Positions 51,382 to 61,991 of a DNA stretch of 64,000 nt are shown one piece after another. The number at the start of each line of letters is the position of its first letter. The first letter of the stretch is position 1. The notes beneath the pieces are model-generated. The model was given only the letters and a program-made list of their open reading frames with translations, was not told where the DNA came from and did no database searches. The DNA lies in the sequence record SRR20825006_2737. One strand, 5' to 3'. The position numbers were made by a program, and so were the translations under genes.

Positions 51382-52428
51382 TCAGCCACGTAGGGTAATT
51401 GATTCCGTCGTCGGAAACACTCTCAGCGGGTGCCACAATTTGCCATGGGGGCGAAGTATCGCGACCAATTCCCCCCAGGGGCCGGAGGAACCATCCGAAC
51501 GATCGACCCCGATGCAATCCAAAACATCCGTGTTTCGATCGAACGTGTCGACCTGATCGATGCAGCCAATCCACTCTTCCGGCAATGGTTCAGCCGGTGC
51601 TTCGGGGGTTCCTGAGATACGAATTCCGGCTTGAAGCATGCCGATTTGCTGCCTGTCCAGATTCATCGCCGGCATGTGCGTCAGCCCCTCGATCGCAGGA
51701 CGGAGGTATTTCAACATCGGTTCAGGTGACATTTTTTCGCGGTCATCATCATCAAACATGAACGCGCAATCGAGCGTGTCGTCCAAAGTGAATCGCCCAA
51801 CCTCGTTTCGAATCAACTTGGTCATCACCGCTGCGCATCCGCAAGCGGCAGCAACATCCATCCCCAGCGTCCGCAAGTAAGTTCCCGAACCACACCGGAC
51901 GTCCAATCGCATCATCGGCGGCTCGTACGAAATCAGCTTCACCGAGTCGATCAGAATTCGGCGTTTGGGCATTTCAAAATCTTCGCCACGACGCGCCCTT
52001 TTATGGGCTCGTTCCCCGTCGACCTTGATCGCCGAATGAGCCGGCGGGGTTTGTTCTACCACGCCGTGAAAATCCTCGAGCACTTGTTCGATCTCCGCCG
52101 CCGTCGGCAACTTGACGCCCGTTTGCGTGACCAATTCGGATTCCAAATCGCCTGACTCGCTCGATACACCCAATCGAAAATCAGCGAGATACCGTTTGCC
52201 ATGCTGCAGCACCCAAGGGGTCAAACGCGCCGCCGAACCAATCGCTAGCAACACCAACCCTTCCGCCAACGGATCGAGCGTTCCGGTGTGCCCGACCTTC
52301 AATTTGCGAAGCCCAAATTCACCGCGCAGTCGCCTCTGGGCGCGGTTGACTAAATCTCTTGAGGTCGCACCCGGCGGTTTATAGCAAGGCAAGAAACCGA
52401 GCGGTGAATGTTCGCCGTTGGGGTCCAT
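51382..52428 (-). CDS. truB: tRNA pseudouridine(55) synthase
   Basis: KPPGATS, KVGHTGTLDPLAEG, QTPPAHSAIKVDG, CGSGTYLR. Confidence 0.93.
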   Translation of the reverse strand: MDPNGEHSPLGFLPCYKPPGATSRDLVNRAQRRLRGEFGLRKLKVGHTGTLDPLAEGLVLLAIGSAARLTPWVLQHGKRYLADFRLGVSSESGDLESELVTQTGVKLPTAAEIEQVLEDFHGVVEQTPPAHSAIKVDGERAHKRARRGEDFEMPKRRILIDSVKLISYEPPMMRLDVRCGSGTYLRTLGMDVAAACGCAAVMTKLIRNEVGRFTLDDTLDCAFMFDDDDREKMSPEPMLKYLRPAIEGLTHMPAMNLDRQQIGMLQAGIRISGTPEAPAEPLPEEWIGCIDQVDTFDRNTDVLDCIGVDRSDGSSGPWGELVAILRPHGKLWHPLRVFPTTESITLRG

Positions 52429-52523
52429 GAAAACGTATCAACTCAGTGAATGAAAACGACATTGAAAAGGAAGAGCACGCCAACCATTCATGAACGTACT
52501 GCAAAACGCTTCTACCACCCGAT

Positions 52524-53780
52524 TCAAACCGAAATGGCTCGCAAGTACAGGTGACTGGCCAAAGCCAAGATGCTCTCGACAACGATGAACAGAATTCTCG
52601 CGGTGATCACGCATAACAAAGCGTGCGTTGGGTCGGTCACAGTCCCCAACACGATCAACGTCACCCACTCGCGAACGCCAGCACCGCCGGGCAACAACGA
52701 CGCGAAACCGAGGACCATGCCAAGGCTGATCGCGGCGGTGGCAACAGTCAGTAACTCATGACCAATCGGCAATCCATTGTACGCGGGAATGGCCTTCATC
52801 ACGCAGGCAAATGACAAACCGATCAAGCACCAAGACAACAGCGACCAAGCCCAACCCGACATCAGTCGCGGCCAAGTGATCGCGGACGAGACATCCGCCG
52901 CCGCAGTAGACGCATGGGTTGATGGGTCCGAACCCGCCTCCCCTCCGGTCGCCCCACCCGCCGATTCAACGGATCGAGATCGATCCCGTCGCTTGCTCAC
53001 CAGTGCGATGACGCGCCGCATGACAGGTGGAAGAGTTGGTATGCAGGCAGCCACCGCCATCAACGACGCCGCCCATTTCACCCACTGTGGAAGCGGTGTC
53101 GACCACATCAAACAACCCGCTAATGCGCCACCAACGGACATCATCAATAGCGTTTCAAAAAACACGCACGTGGTCGCTCGACCAATGAGAAGTTGCCTCG
53201 ACGGTGTGTCTCCCATCACAGCAGGCAGGCTGGCCGTGTTGGAGGTCGAGACCACCGCGGACACTCGAAGCACCACCACCATCGCTTTACCGGGAATGTA
53301 CTTCCCCGCGTGCCCGAGCAACTGAGCGGCGGTGGCTCTCATCAACGAACAAGGAACATGGAATCCGCGCAGGGCTCCGTGCAAAACGCATGCTGGTGGC
53401 AACAAACCAATGGCATAGAACATCGCCGCAAGGATGATCGATCCCAGAGAAACGTTCTGCCACGTTGGAAGCGACTGCAGCAACCGAGTCCGTTCTTCCA
53501 TCAGCGATTGACGATCTGCCGAAGACGAGTCGACTGAATCTTGATCCGGCAGTTGATCGATCGCGGGTGGTTCCGTGGCCAGCAACTTTTCATCGAGCGC
53601 GTGGACACGAATCTGCACCGCGGCGACTTCGGTTTGCCAACGCTCGACCGCATCCTTGGCCGCCAGCAGCAGGCCCACGACAACCAGGACGGCAATGAGT
53701 CGTTTGGCCCAGCGCATCCATCCAGCAGTCCGCCGTACGGGAGAAGGCTCCCGCGATTCGGATTCGGCGGAATCAACCAC
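52524..53780 (-). CDS. Lysylphosphatidylglycerol-synthase-TM (flippase-like) membrane protein
   Basis: GKYIPGK, PGGAGVRE, multiple TM helices. Confidence 0.75.
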   Translation of the reverse strand: MVDSAESESREPSPVRRTAGWMRWAKRLIAVLVVVGLLLAAKDAVERWQTEVAAVQIRVHALDEKLLATEPPAIDQLPDQDSVDSSSADRQSLMEERTRLLQSLPTWQNVSLGSIILAAMFYAIGLLPPACVLHGALRGFHVPCSLMRATAAQLLGHAGKYIPGKAMVVVLRVSAVVSTSNTASLPAVMGDTPSRQLLIGRATTCVFFETLLMMSVGGALAGCLMWSTPLPQWVKWAASLMAVAACIPTLPPVMRRVIALVSKRRDRSRSVESAGGATGGEAGSDPSTHASTAAADVSSAITWPRLMSGWAWSLLSWCLIGLSFACVMKAIPAYNGLPIGHELLTVATAAISLGMVLGFASLLPGGAGVREWVTLIVLGTVTDPTHALLCVITARILFIVVESILALASHLYLRAISV

Positions 53781-53919
53781 AGATTGTTGGCTCGGCTGGT
53801 TGTGCCATGAGGAGGCTCAAACGAATGGTCTGACTTCCGGCCCGCGAATCGGTTCGATGAAAGAATCGAGCACGCGGACCGGTTGAGCAGACAGGTTCAT
53901 TCGCTCCAAGAGCCACGAA

Positions 53920-54195
53920 TCAGTTGTCAGCGAGAGGTTCTTTTTTCTCGGTGATTACTTCCGTCTTTTCAGACATCTCTGCGTTCAACTCGATGTAGCT
54001 TTGCCACTCTTCTGGCAGATTGTCTTCATGGAAAATCGCTTCCACGGGACATTCCGGTACACAGGCTTCGCAGTCGATGCACTCTTCCGGGTGGATATAC
54101 AACATCTGTTCGCCTTCGTAGAAACACTCCACAGGGCAAACGACGACGCAATCGGTGTACTTGCATCCCGAGCAGGGTTCAGCAACGACGTGCAT
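53920..54195 (-). CDS. fdxA: Ferredoxin (FdxA-like dicluster)
   Basis: [34 protein letters not shown]. Confidence 0.92.
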   Translation of the reverse strand: MHVVAEPCSGCKYTDCVVVCPVECFYEGEQMLYIHPEECIDCEACVPECPVEAIFHEDNLPEEWQSYIELNAEMSEKTEVITEKKEPLADN

Positions 54196-54392
54196 GGTCT
54201 AACCTTCCAGTTTGATTGAGAAATGGAACGATCCAACTGAATCGTTCTCGCACTATATCGGTTCGAGCAAGGCCGTAACTTCGATCAAAACAAACGTGCT
54301 CTGAGCGACTATCCTCGCAGTTCGCCTATTTTGCCATTTCCGCCGTCCCCGGCAAACCCGCCTCCATCGACAATTTGGTCACTTTCAACCTG

Positions 54393-55736
54393 ATGCAATC
54401 TTCTTCCGCCCGTTGGCAAATTCGCACTCGTCCCAATCGCCACTACCCGTTTTTGTCGCGACACCCTTGGGTCATGGCCAACGCATTGGCACATGCCACG
54501 CTCCGCGAAGTGACTCCTGAGGCCCCTTCCGACGATGGCCAGTCACCGTCTGCTGACACGAATGCCGCCGAAACGGACCAACCAGCCGCTGAATCGGACC
54601 CCGCCGATCGCCAACTACCAGCCTGCGGCGAAATCATTGACCTGCTGGATTACGACGGAAACTGGATCGCCCGCGGGTTGATCAATCCGGCAAGCCGCCT
54701 GCGAATTCGGCTTTATGCGTTTTCGTCGGAAGAACAAATCGACGACTCGATGTGGGCAGAAAGGATCGAGCAAGCCGTTGCACGCCGACGTTTGACCGGC
54801 CCGTCCAACCCACAAGGCGGCGAACGCCTGATCTTCAGCGAGTCAGATCGAATGAGCGGTCTGATCGTTGACCGATACGCCGATTGCCTGAGCATCCAAA
54901 TCACCGGCGGAGCTCTGATTCCGCGAACGGAGACTTTGATTCGCGAAGTCACCGCCGCGGCGGCTCGGCACCAAACGCCTTGCCAAAAAGTTTTGGTTCG
55001 CATGGATGACGCAACCGTCAAACACGAAGGCGTCTCGGAGGAAACCTTGGCTGAACTGCAGTCGCTGACGACGCTGGATAGCGAAGCCGATTCGACCGTG
55101 TGGTACCAACACAACGGTTTGGAGATGGCGATTGACTTGCAAGACGGCCAGAAGACTGGTGGCTATCTCGATCAACAACTTAACCATGCCGCCGCGGCGA
55201 GCTACATGGCCGACCGCCGAGTGCTCGACATCTGCACCTACACGGGTGGCTTCGCTCTGGCCGCCGCGCGTGCCGGCGCCAAAGAAGTGGTGGCTGTCGA
55301 TAGCAGCGAGCGGGCGCTCGACATTGCCAAACGCAACGCTGAACGCAATCAGTTGACCAACGTTCGATTCGATCAAGGCGACTGCTTCGATGACCTGAAA
55401 GAACGGCGTGAACGCGGCGAACAGTTTGATGCGATCATCCTCGATCCACCGCGATTTGCTGGTTCACGCAACCAAACCAATGCGGCGCTACGAGCCTACA
55501 CACGGCTGAATGCCTCGGCGGTCGATCTGTTGCCGCCGGGTGGAATTCTGGTCACCTGCAGTTGCTCCGGGCGAGTCTCGCGAGCGGACTTTTTGAACAT
55601 GCTGGTCGACGTCGGGCGGAAGCGAGGGCGCGATCTCATCGTTCTGGAAAGTCGCGGTCCATCGCCCGATCACGTCTTCGCGGTCTCATGCCCCGAGAGC
55701 GACTACTTGAAGTGCATCGTTGTTCAGGTGATTTGA
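54393..55736 (+). CDS. RlmI-like 23S rRNA m5C SAM methyltransferase
   Basis: HPWV PUA-like start, SESDRMSGLIVD, GQKTGGYLDQ, LDPPRF, TCSCS. Confidence 0.88.
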   Translation: MQSSSARWQIRTRPNRHYPFLSRHPWVMANALAHATLREVTPEAPSDDGQSPSADTNAAETDQPAAESDPADRQLPACGEIIDLLDYDGNWIARGLINPASRLRIRLYAFSSEEQIDDSMWAERIEQAVARRRLTGPSNPQGGERLIFSESDRMSGLIVDRYADCLSIQITGGALIPRTETLIREVTAAAARHQTPCQKVLVRMDDATVKHEGVSEETLAELQSLTTLDSEADSTVWYQHNGLEMAIDLQDGQKTGGYLDQQLNHAAAASYMADRRVLDICTYTGGFALAAARAGAKEVVAVDSSERALDIAKRNAERNQLTNVRFDQGDCFDDLKERRERGEQFDAIILDPPRFAGSRNQTNAALRAYTRLNASAVDLLPPGGILVTCSCSGRVSRADFLNMLVDVGRKRGRDLIVLESRGPSPDHVFAVSCPESDYLKCIVVQVI

Positions 55737-55932
55737 CGTGATGCCGAATATGCGATCATTCCTTTCGGAATCTTGGTGAATTTTGGTGCGGGGTAGGATC
55801 GCGGAACGCGCATTTGAACTATAACGGACGTGTACTTGTGACGGCTTGGAAGTCAGCTACATCATTCGGCGTTTGCCTTGCTTTTCTCCGACGCCCAACA
55901 ATCGTAAGCATCACTCCAGATCGAGGCCCGCG

Positions 55933-56595
55933 GTGTCCAGCGTAACGATCAAAGTCCTACACGGCGCCGACCGTGGAAAGGTCTTCGAGGGGATCGAGCC
56001 TCCCCTGACCATCGGACGAGAGGAAGGCAACGACATTCAGCTCAACGACGAGCGTGTCAGTCGTTGCCACCTTAAGATCCAAAGGGATAACGAACGGTTG
56101 GTGTTGACCGATTTGGATAGTACGAATGGTACCAAGGTCAACGGAACGGAATGCCAGCTGAAGATCCTCCGACACGGCGACTTGGTTGCGGTTGGCCGCA
56201 GCCTTCTGCTGCTGGGATCCGAGGAACAAATTGCGGCCCGGCTGCAAGCGATCGGCGGCGGCAGCAAGGGTGCGATTCAGCGAGACGTTAAGTCGTCGGA
56301 CGAATCGATGGCGGTCGATCTTCGCCAGGACCCAAAGTCCCCCGTTCCCGTCGATGCGTTGCATGTGGAAGATCTGCCGGCAATTCCCGACGATTTGACT
56401 CCTGGCCAAAAAGCACAACTGTGCGAAATCCTGGATTATCTACAATCACGACTGGAAAGATTGATCGAATCTGCGACCACGCAGGAGGATTCGGAACAAG
56501 TCGTGCTACAGCAGGCAGCCTGGCAACGTCTACTCGATGTCCAATCGCGGCTGGCGACCCTCAATCGAAAAATCACCGATCCGCAGTGGCCCTGA
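55933..56595 (+). CDS. FHA domain protein
   Basis: TIGR, VSRCH, DLDSTNGTKVNG. Confidence 0.88.
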   Translation: MSSVTIKVLHGADRGKVFEGIEPPLTIGREEGNDIQLNDERVSRCHLKIQRDNERLVLTDLDSTNGTKVNGTECQLKILRHGDLVAVGRSLLLLGSEEQIAARLQAIGGGSKGAIQRDVKSSDESMAVDLRQDPKSPVPVDALHVEDLPAIPDDLTPGQKAQLCEILDYLQSRLERLIESATTQEDSEQVVLQQAAWQRLLDVQSRLATLNRKITDPQWP

Positions 56596-56659
56596 GCAAC
56601 CTGTTCTCGTGGGCTGACTAGCGATTCGCTTCCGAGTCATCGACCCACGAAAGAACACT

Positions 56660-58420
56660 TTGAGCTCTTCCCAATCCAATCTCGCTCTGTCCGCTCAAAA
56701 CGCCACTTCGTTGACCACGAATTCGCCCCACGCTGATGCTGGCCAATCGCCCGCGACCGAATATCGCGAGCTGCGTGCGCCCGCTCAGACACTTGGCACC
56801 CTGATCGAGCCACCGATCTGCGACGCGGAGTTGTTGCTGAAGAACAACCTCGCGACGGCCCATGCGGAAATGCCCGCCGGATCGTTTTGGTCCGATCTGC
56901 GAAAAGTCGCTCGTGAGCAATTGGTCGGAGACGCCCGACGATACACCTCTTCCTACCGCGACGTCGCCTCGTTTTGTGCGGACCAACCGATCGGCACCGG
57001 CGAAAACAACAGCCGGCCCATCGTGATGGCGGGTCATCAACCAACCCTGTTTCATCCCGGGGTTTGGTTCAAAAACCACACGCTTCAAAAAGTCGCCAGC
57101 GAATGCTGTGCGTTGCCAATCAATCTCGTCATCGACAACGATGTGGCCGCTGCGAGATCGATTCGCGTGCCGCAATTGCGATCACTCGTCAACCTCGCGG
57201 GTGACGGCGACGACGCCCCGCTTCGGGGGACTTGGCAGAGCGTCCCGTATGACCAGGGCGGAGAAACGCTTCCGTTTGAACAGGCACAGATTCGAGACAA
57301 GGATCTGTTCGACCACTTCGATTCGGGCGTTCGCCGCCTGATCGCACCGCTGGTTTCGGATCCATGCGTGACCGCTCTTTGGAAGCACGCACGCGAGGCG
57401 ATCGCTCGTTGCAGTATTGCCGGATGCGCACTCGCTCAAGCTCGCCACGCCCTCGAAGCGGAAATGAATTGGCAGACACTGGAAATTCCGCTCGGCGTCG
57501 CCGTTCGCGGCTTGCCGTTCGCGCGTTTTGTGATGGAAATCATTGACGAAATCGAGCGATTCCAATCGGTCTACAACGGATCGGCCGATCATTATCGTGC
57601 GTGGCACGGCATCCGTAGTTCGGCTCACCCGGTCCCCAACCTTGGATTCCAAGACGGTTGGTACGAAACACCGCTTTGGGTCTACGGCAACAATCAACCG
57701 CAACGTCGCGGCGTCTGGGTTCGCCGTGAGGGACATCAGTGGCACATCAGCGATGCTCCATCCGGAATCGCGGGATCGAACTCTGGTTCCGCTGGAACGA
57801 TCTCAGTCAAGGTGTCGGCCACCGATCGTCAACTCGCATCGACTCAATTGGCCGAGGCGGCGTCTCCGGAATTCAAACTGCGTCCTCGTGCCCTCATGAC
57901 GACGATGTTTGCCCGGCTGGTTCTCAGCGATTTGTTTCTGCACGGAATTGGTGGCGGCAAATACGATCAGCTCGCCGACCGCATTATGACGCAGTTCTTC
58001 CAAATCACTCCGCCTGGATTGCAGGTCGTCTCAGGAACGATCCGCTTGCCTGGACAAGAGCCCGACCATGCCCGCGAAGATTTACGTCGGGAACTGTTGC
58101 GGAAAGAACGTGAACTTCAGTTCCAAGGCGAGAAGTGGCTCGACGCCTCGAACTCGGAACAGAAAGCACTTCGAGATCAGAAACTCGAACTGCTTGACCG
58201 AATGCCAACCTCGGGGAGTCGGCGTGCTTGGCATCATTCGGTCTCACGCCTGAACGCTCTAATCACACTGCAGCTCTCAGAACAGCGTCGCGAAACTCGC
58301 GGTCGATTGGCGCGACTCGATCAAGATGCCGCAACGGAGAAGATTCTCTGTAGCCGCGAACTTTCGTTTTGCCTATTTCCCTTGGAATTCCTTCAAGAAT
58401 CCTTTGCCAAAATGGCATGA
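56660..58420 (+). CDS. Conserved hypothetical protein, possibly BshC-like
   Basis: IVMAGHQPTLFHPG, DND, HGIGGGKYD, C-terminal coiled coil and RE motif. Confidence 0.6.
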   Translation: MSSSQSNLALSAQNATSLTTNSPHADAGQSPATEYRELRAPAQTLGTLIEPPICDAELLLKNNLATAHAEMPAGSFWSDLRKVAREQLVGDARRYTSSYRDVASFCADQPIGTGENNSRPIVMAGHQPTLFHPGVWFKNHTLQKVASECCALPINLVIDNDVAAARSIRVPQLRSLVNLAGDGDDAPLRGTWQSVPYDQGGETLPFEQAQIRDKDLFDHFDSGVRRLIAPLVSDPCVTALWKHAREAIARCSIAGCALAQARHALEAEMNWQTLEIPLGVAVRGLPFARFVMEIIDEIERFQSVYNGSADHYRAWHGIRSSAHPVPNLGFQDGWYETPLWVYGNNQPQRRGVWVRREGHQWHISDAPSGIAGSNSGSAGTISVKVSATDRQLASTQLAEAASPEFKLRPRALMTTMFARLVLSDLFLHGIGGGKYDQLADRIMTQFFQITPPGLQVVSGTIRLPGQEPDHAREDLRRELLRKERELQFQGEKWLDASNSEQKALRDQKLELLDRMPTSGSRRAWHHSVSRLNALITLQLSEQRRETRGRLARLDQDAATEKILCSRELSFCLFPLEFLQESFAKMA

Positions 58421-58527
58421 GCGTGACGATTGGAGTTGTCGAGCGCTAATTTTTCGCTATTCTCTGCCGTTTGCCGACGAACAAAGTTGGTTTTTGGCAT
58501 CAACATTTAACCCGCGAGTAGCATCGG

Positions 58528-58680
58528 ATGAAGGTCGTTAGTAGCATTGGAGCGTTGAAGTACCGCCACCCGGACTGCCAGGTGGTCAAGCGACGCGGCC
58601 GTATTTACGTGATTTGCAAGAGCAATCCAAAGTTCAAGGTCCGTCAGGGCGGTGCGAAGAGCAAGAAAGCCCGACGCTAG
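58528..58680 (+). CDS. rpmJ: 50S ribosomal protein L36, type B (absent from ORF track)
   Basis: [50 protein letters not shown]. Confidence 0.93.
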
Positions 58681-58762
58681 GCAATCCGTCTCGTCGAAGA
58701 TTGGCTGACTTGTATTGGCACCTTTTTCGATGAGACAGGCATTGTCACCCCCCATACCTTCC

Positions 58763-60058
58763 ATGACTCCCCAACCTTCGACGCCCAGTGATCCACTGGC
58801 AAACGGTTTGGGTGAGCGTTCGACGGAAGATTCCGATCCGGGGGAAGCCCGCAAGTCTGCGGCGAAAGCTTTGGATCACAGCCCCATCAACCACCCGGCC
58901 GTCTCAACGATGGCGAACAACCAAGACGTCCACCAGATCGACGTTTGCGAGTTCGCCAGTCTGTCACGAGACGACTTAGAAAGATGGGAACGAATTCGAG
59001 CCCTGCGAGATGAGTTTGCGCCGCCGTTTTTCGCGGCGAGATTCGCCGCCGCGGTCAACGCCGTCCGAGGCGATGTGCTGACCGCCGTCCTTCGATCAAG
59101 CGACGGCACTCCCCTGGGTTTCTTTCCCTTCCATCGAGTTGGTGTTGTTGGTGTTCCGGCGGGACGGTTTCTCAACGACGCTCAAAACGTGATTGCGATC
59201 CCCGGTCTCAAAATCGACTGGACTGCGATTGCTCGAGCAGCAAAGGTGCGTGCCTTCAATCTTCACGCCATCGTCGGCAGCGATCCCGACTGGGTCGATC
59301 GCTACCACTTGCAATCGGTCAAAGCCTTTCGAGCTGACCTGGGTGGTGATTCGGGAGACTACCTCAGGCGTCTGGAGAAAGAACACCGAACTATCGGCAA
59401 GCAGGGCCAGAAAACGCGCAAGCTAGGTCGCGAAATTGGACCGGTCCGACTGGAGATGGACTGCCGCTGCCCAAAGATTCTGGAGCAAACCATTGCGTGG
59501 AAACGCGCCCAGTATCAACGCACCCATATCTTGGATTTGTTTCTTCCGGAATGGACCCGCGACCTCATCACGACCCTCTACGAAAACTCGCTCGCGCAAC
59601 CCGGTCTGCAATTGGATTCGGCCGTCGCAGGCGACGACTTTTCCAATGGCTCACTGCGAGGAATCTGCTCGGTACTGTGGTCGGGTGATCGTCCTGTGGC
59701 GACGCATATTGGGATGATCGAACATGGACGATTGCACTATTGGTTCCCAACCTACGACCCGGCGTTCGCACGCTACTCTCCAGGAACGGCCCTGTTCACC
59801 GAGACCATTCGAGCCGCGACGCAGCACGGAATCGACTGCGTGGATATGGGCTACGGCGAACAGCAGTACAAGACAAAACAGACGGGCACGACGACGCAAG
59901 TTGTCCATGGCACCATCACCGACTCAAGATGGCACCGAATCGCTTTCGCGGCGGAAGCCACCATGGTTCAGGCCCTCAAACGCGTCCCGATGAAAGAAAC
60001 GGTCAAACGTGCAATCCGGACGATCAACCCGTCAGCGGGTATCAAGAAACTAAAATAG
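58763..60058 (+). CDS. GNAT family N-acetyltransferase (CelD/BcsL-like)
   Basis: WFPTYDPAFARYSPG, DMGYGEQQYK; start uncertain. Confidence 0.82.
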   Translation: MTPQPSTPSDPLANGLGERSTEDSDPGEARKSAAKALDHSPINHPAVSTMANNQDVHQIDVCEFASLSRDDLERWERIRALRDEFAPPFFAARFAAAVNAVRGDVLTAVLRSSDGTPLGFFPFHRVGVVGVPAGRFLNDAQNVIAIPGLKIDWTAIARAAKVRAFNLHAIVGSDPDWVDRYHLQSVKAFRADLGGDSGDYLRRLEKEHRTIGKQGQKTRKLGREIGPVRLEMDCRCPKILEQTIAWKRAQYQRTHILDLFLPEWTRDLITTLYENSLAQPGLQLDSAVAGDDFSNGSLRGICSVLWSGDRPVATHIGMIEHGRLHYWFPTYDPAFARYSPGTALFTETIRAATQHGIDCVDMGYGEQQYKTKQTGTTTQVVHGTITDSRWHRIAFAAEATMVQALKRVPMKETVKRAIRTINPSAGIKKLK

Positions 60059-60083
60059 CTCGCCGTTTCCGACGAGCTATTTT
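60052..60083. terminator. Bidirectional terminator-like hairpin
   Basis: aaaatagctcg..cgagctatttt between convergent genes. Confidence 0.6.
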
Positions 60084-60122
60084 CGAGTTCAGTCTGCGGC
60101 GGTTGGCCGCGTTGGTCACTGC

Positions 60123-60617
60123 TTACTTGCTGGGTGGCAAAAGGACCGAATCGATCACGTGGATGATTCCATTGCTGGCCATCACGTCTGTCTTCACGAC
60201 CTTCACCTTGTCGTTCAGCATCACGGTTCCGTCTTTCACTTCGATACTGACCTTACCGCCCAGCGTTTCAGCTGAATCCAAGGTGACAACGGTCTTGGCG
60301 GGAACCTTTCCGGAAACCACGTGGTACTTCAAAATCGCGACCAACTGATCCTTGTTTTCCGGTTTCAGCAGGCTATCCAGCGTGCCTTCGGGAAGCTTGT
60401 CAAAGGCTTCGTCCGTGGGAGCAAACACGGTGAACGGGCCTTCACCACTCAACGTTTCCACCAAACCGCCAGCTTTCACGGCAGCAACCAGCGTGTTGAA
60501 CTTTGCTGAAATCGCCGTCTCAACAATGTTCTTTTTCGCTGTTTCGTTGTGGTGGTCCGCTTGCACGGTGGCGGGCAAAACGAACAGAGCCAATGCAGCC
60601 AGAATGATCTTCTTCAT
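60123..60617 (-). CDS. Fasciclin (FAS1) domain protein
   Basis: FTVFAPTDEAF, ILKYHVV, ASNGIIHVIDSVLLP. Confidence 0.93.
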   Translation of the reverse strand: MKKIILAALALFVLPATVQADHHNETAKKNIVETAISAKFNTLVAAVKAGGLVETLSGEGPFTVFAPTDEAFDKLPEGTLDSLLKPENKDQLVAILKYHVVSGKVPAKTVVTLDSAETLGGKVSIEVKDGTVMLNDKVKVVKTDVMASNGIIHVIDSVLLPPSK

Positions 60618-60957
60618 CGTAAAATCCTAAGTCTCGAACATGGAGGTGGGAACTCGAGCTTGAAAGAAGCAGTCCAGCTGCGGCCGCGGCCGAACTACCT
60701 CACTCGATTGGCTGATTCGCGAATCGCTGGACTGTACGTTTCGGACAAGCGGCAACGGCAAAGATTTTTCTGAAATGGGACACCGGCGGAGCGTTTCAAC
60801 TTTGACTACAAATTGGAAATGTTGCGAAACCTCAATAGAAATGGCGGGTTAGAACTTTTGAATCAACTTCGGTTTCAGTTTGTACGCCCGGCACTTTCGC
60901 TCAGGTGACAACTGATTCCCCGCTTCTCATCTGACCATTTCGAAGGGTTGCCTAACA

Positions 60958-61827
60958 ATGAGCCGTTTGTCCCAAGCCCAATTCGCTCCTAAATTGCGTT
61001 TCGTTGCCATGCTGGCGATGGCCGCTGGCCTGACTCTCCAGTCGGCCTCCATCGCGAACGCCCAAGGCCGTGGTGGCCGAGGCGGTTTTCCAGGTGGCGG
61101 TGGCGGAGGAGGTGCCATGTTCGGCGGTCGCGGTGGTGGATCCACTCTCGGCCTGCTGCGTGCTGAGAAAGTTCGCGAAGAACTCGGCATCGACGAGCAA
61201 CAAACCGAAGCTTTGAAAAAGCTGGAAGAACAAGCCCGCGAACAATCGCGACCAGACTTCGACTTCCGCAACGCATCGGAAGAAGATCGACGCGAGTTCT
61301 TCGAAAAAATGCAATCGCAGCGTGAAGAGCAAGAGAAAGAAACTCGCATGCAGCTTCAGACTGTTCTGACGCTCGAGCAAATGGAACGTCTTGATGAGAT
61401 CGGCATTCAAGCCCAAGGCCTGATGGCACTGTCGTCACCTGAAGTCCAAGAAGCCCTAACCATGACCGAAGACCAGAAGAAAAAGTTGACGGAAATCCGC
61501 TCGGGAATGGAAACCAAGATGCGTGAAGAAATGCGTGAGATCATGCAAAGTCGCGATCGCGAAAAAATGCAGACCGCGATGGAATCGATGCGTGAAAACA
61601 TGGAAAAAGAAGTGATGGCTGTCCTGACCACCGAACAAAAGAAAAAGTTCGAAGAAATGAAGGGCGATCCATTCGACCTGGAAGCCCTTCGTGGCGGACG
61701 CGGCGGTGAACGCGGTGCTCGTGGCGGACGTGGTGGAGAAGGCGGCGGCGAACGCGGTGAGCGTGGCGGTCGAGGTGGACGCGGCGGTCGCGGTGGCGAT
61801 CGCGGTGGCGATCGCGGCGGAGAATGA
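60958..61827 (+). CDS. Secreted Spy/CpxP (LTxxQ)-like protein with Gly/Arg-rich termini
   Basis: Signal ending ANA; LTLEQ and LTTEQ repeats; RGG runs at both ends. Confidence 0.7.
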   Translation: MSRLSQAQFAPKLRFVAMLAMAAGLTLQSASIANAQGRGGRGGFPGGGGGGGAMFGGRGGGSTLGLLRAEKVREELGIDEQQTEALKKLEEQAREQSRPDFDFRNASEEDRREFFEKMQSQREEQEKETRMQLQTVLTLEQMERLDEIGIQAQGLMALSSPEVQEALTMTEDQKKKLTEIRSGMETKMREEMREIMQSRDREKMQTAMESMRENMEKEVMAVLTTEQKKKFEEMKGDPFDLEALRGGRGGERGARGGRGGEGGGERGERGGRGGRGGRGGDRGGDRGGE

Positions 61828-61914
61828 TCTCGCCTGAAGACTTCGCTCCTTTCACTCAACGTTTCGCTCGTGTTTGATTCATGAGCGTCAGCGTTGCTCG
61901 AAATTGAAACGACT

Positions 61915-61947
61915 CAAGCCGCATGTGTTGTCACATGCGGCTTGTTT
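61915..61947 (+). terminator. Perfect 13-bp hairpin, probable terminator
   Basis: caagccgcatgtg-ttgt-cacatgcggcttg followed by ttt. Confidence 0.65.
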
Positions 61948-61991
61948 CATTGGCCAAACTTGGAAAAACCACCATCGGGCACCATCGCTCG

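Noticed and set aside
55933-56595. FHA protein as a partner of the islet kinase
   Set aside because: It is 6 kb away among housekeeping genes, with no evidence of linkage.
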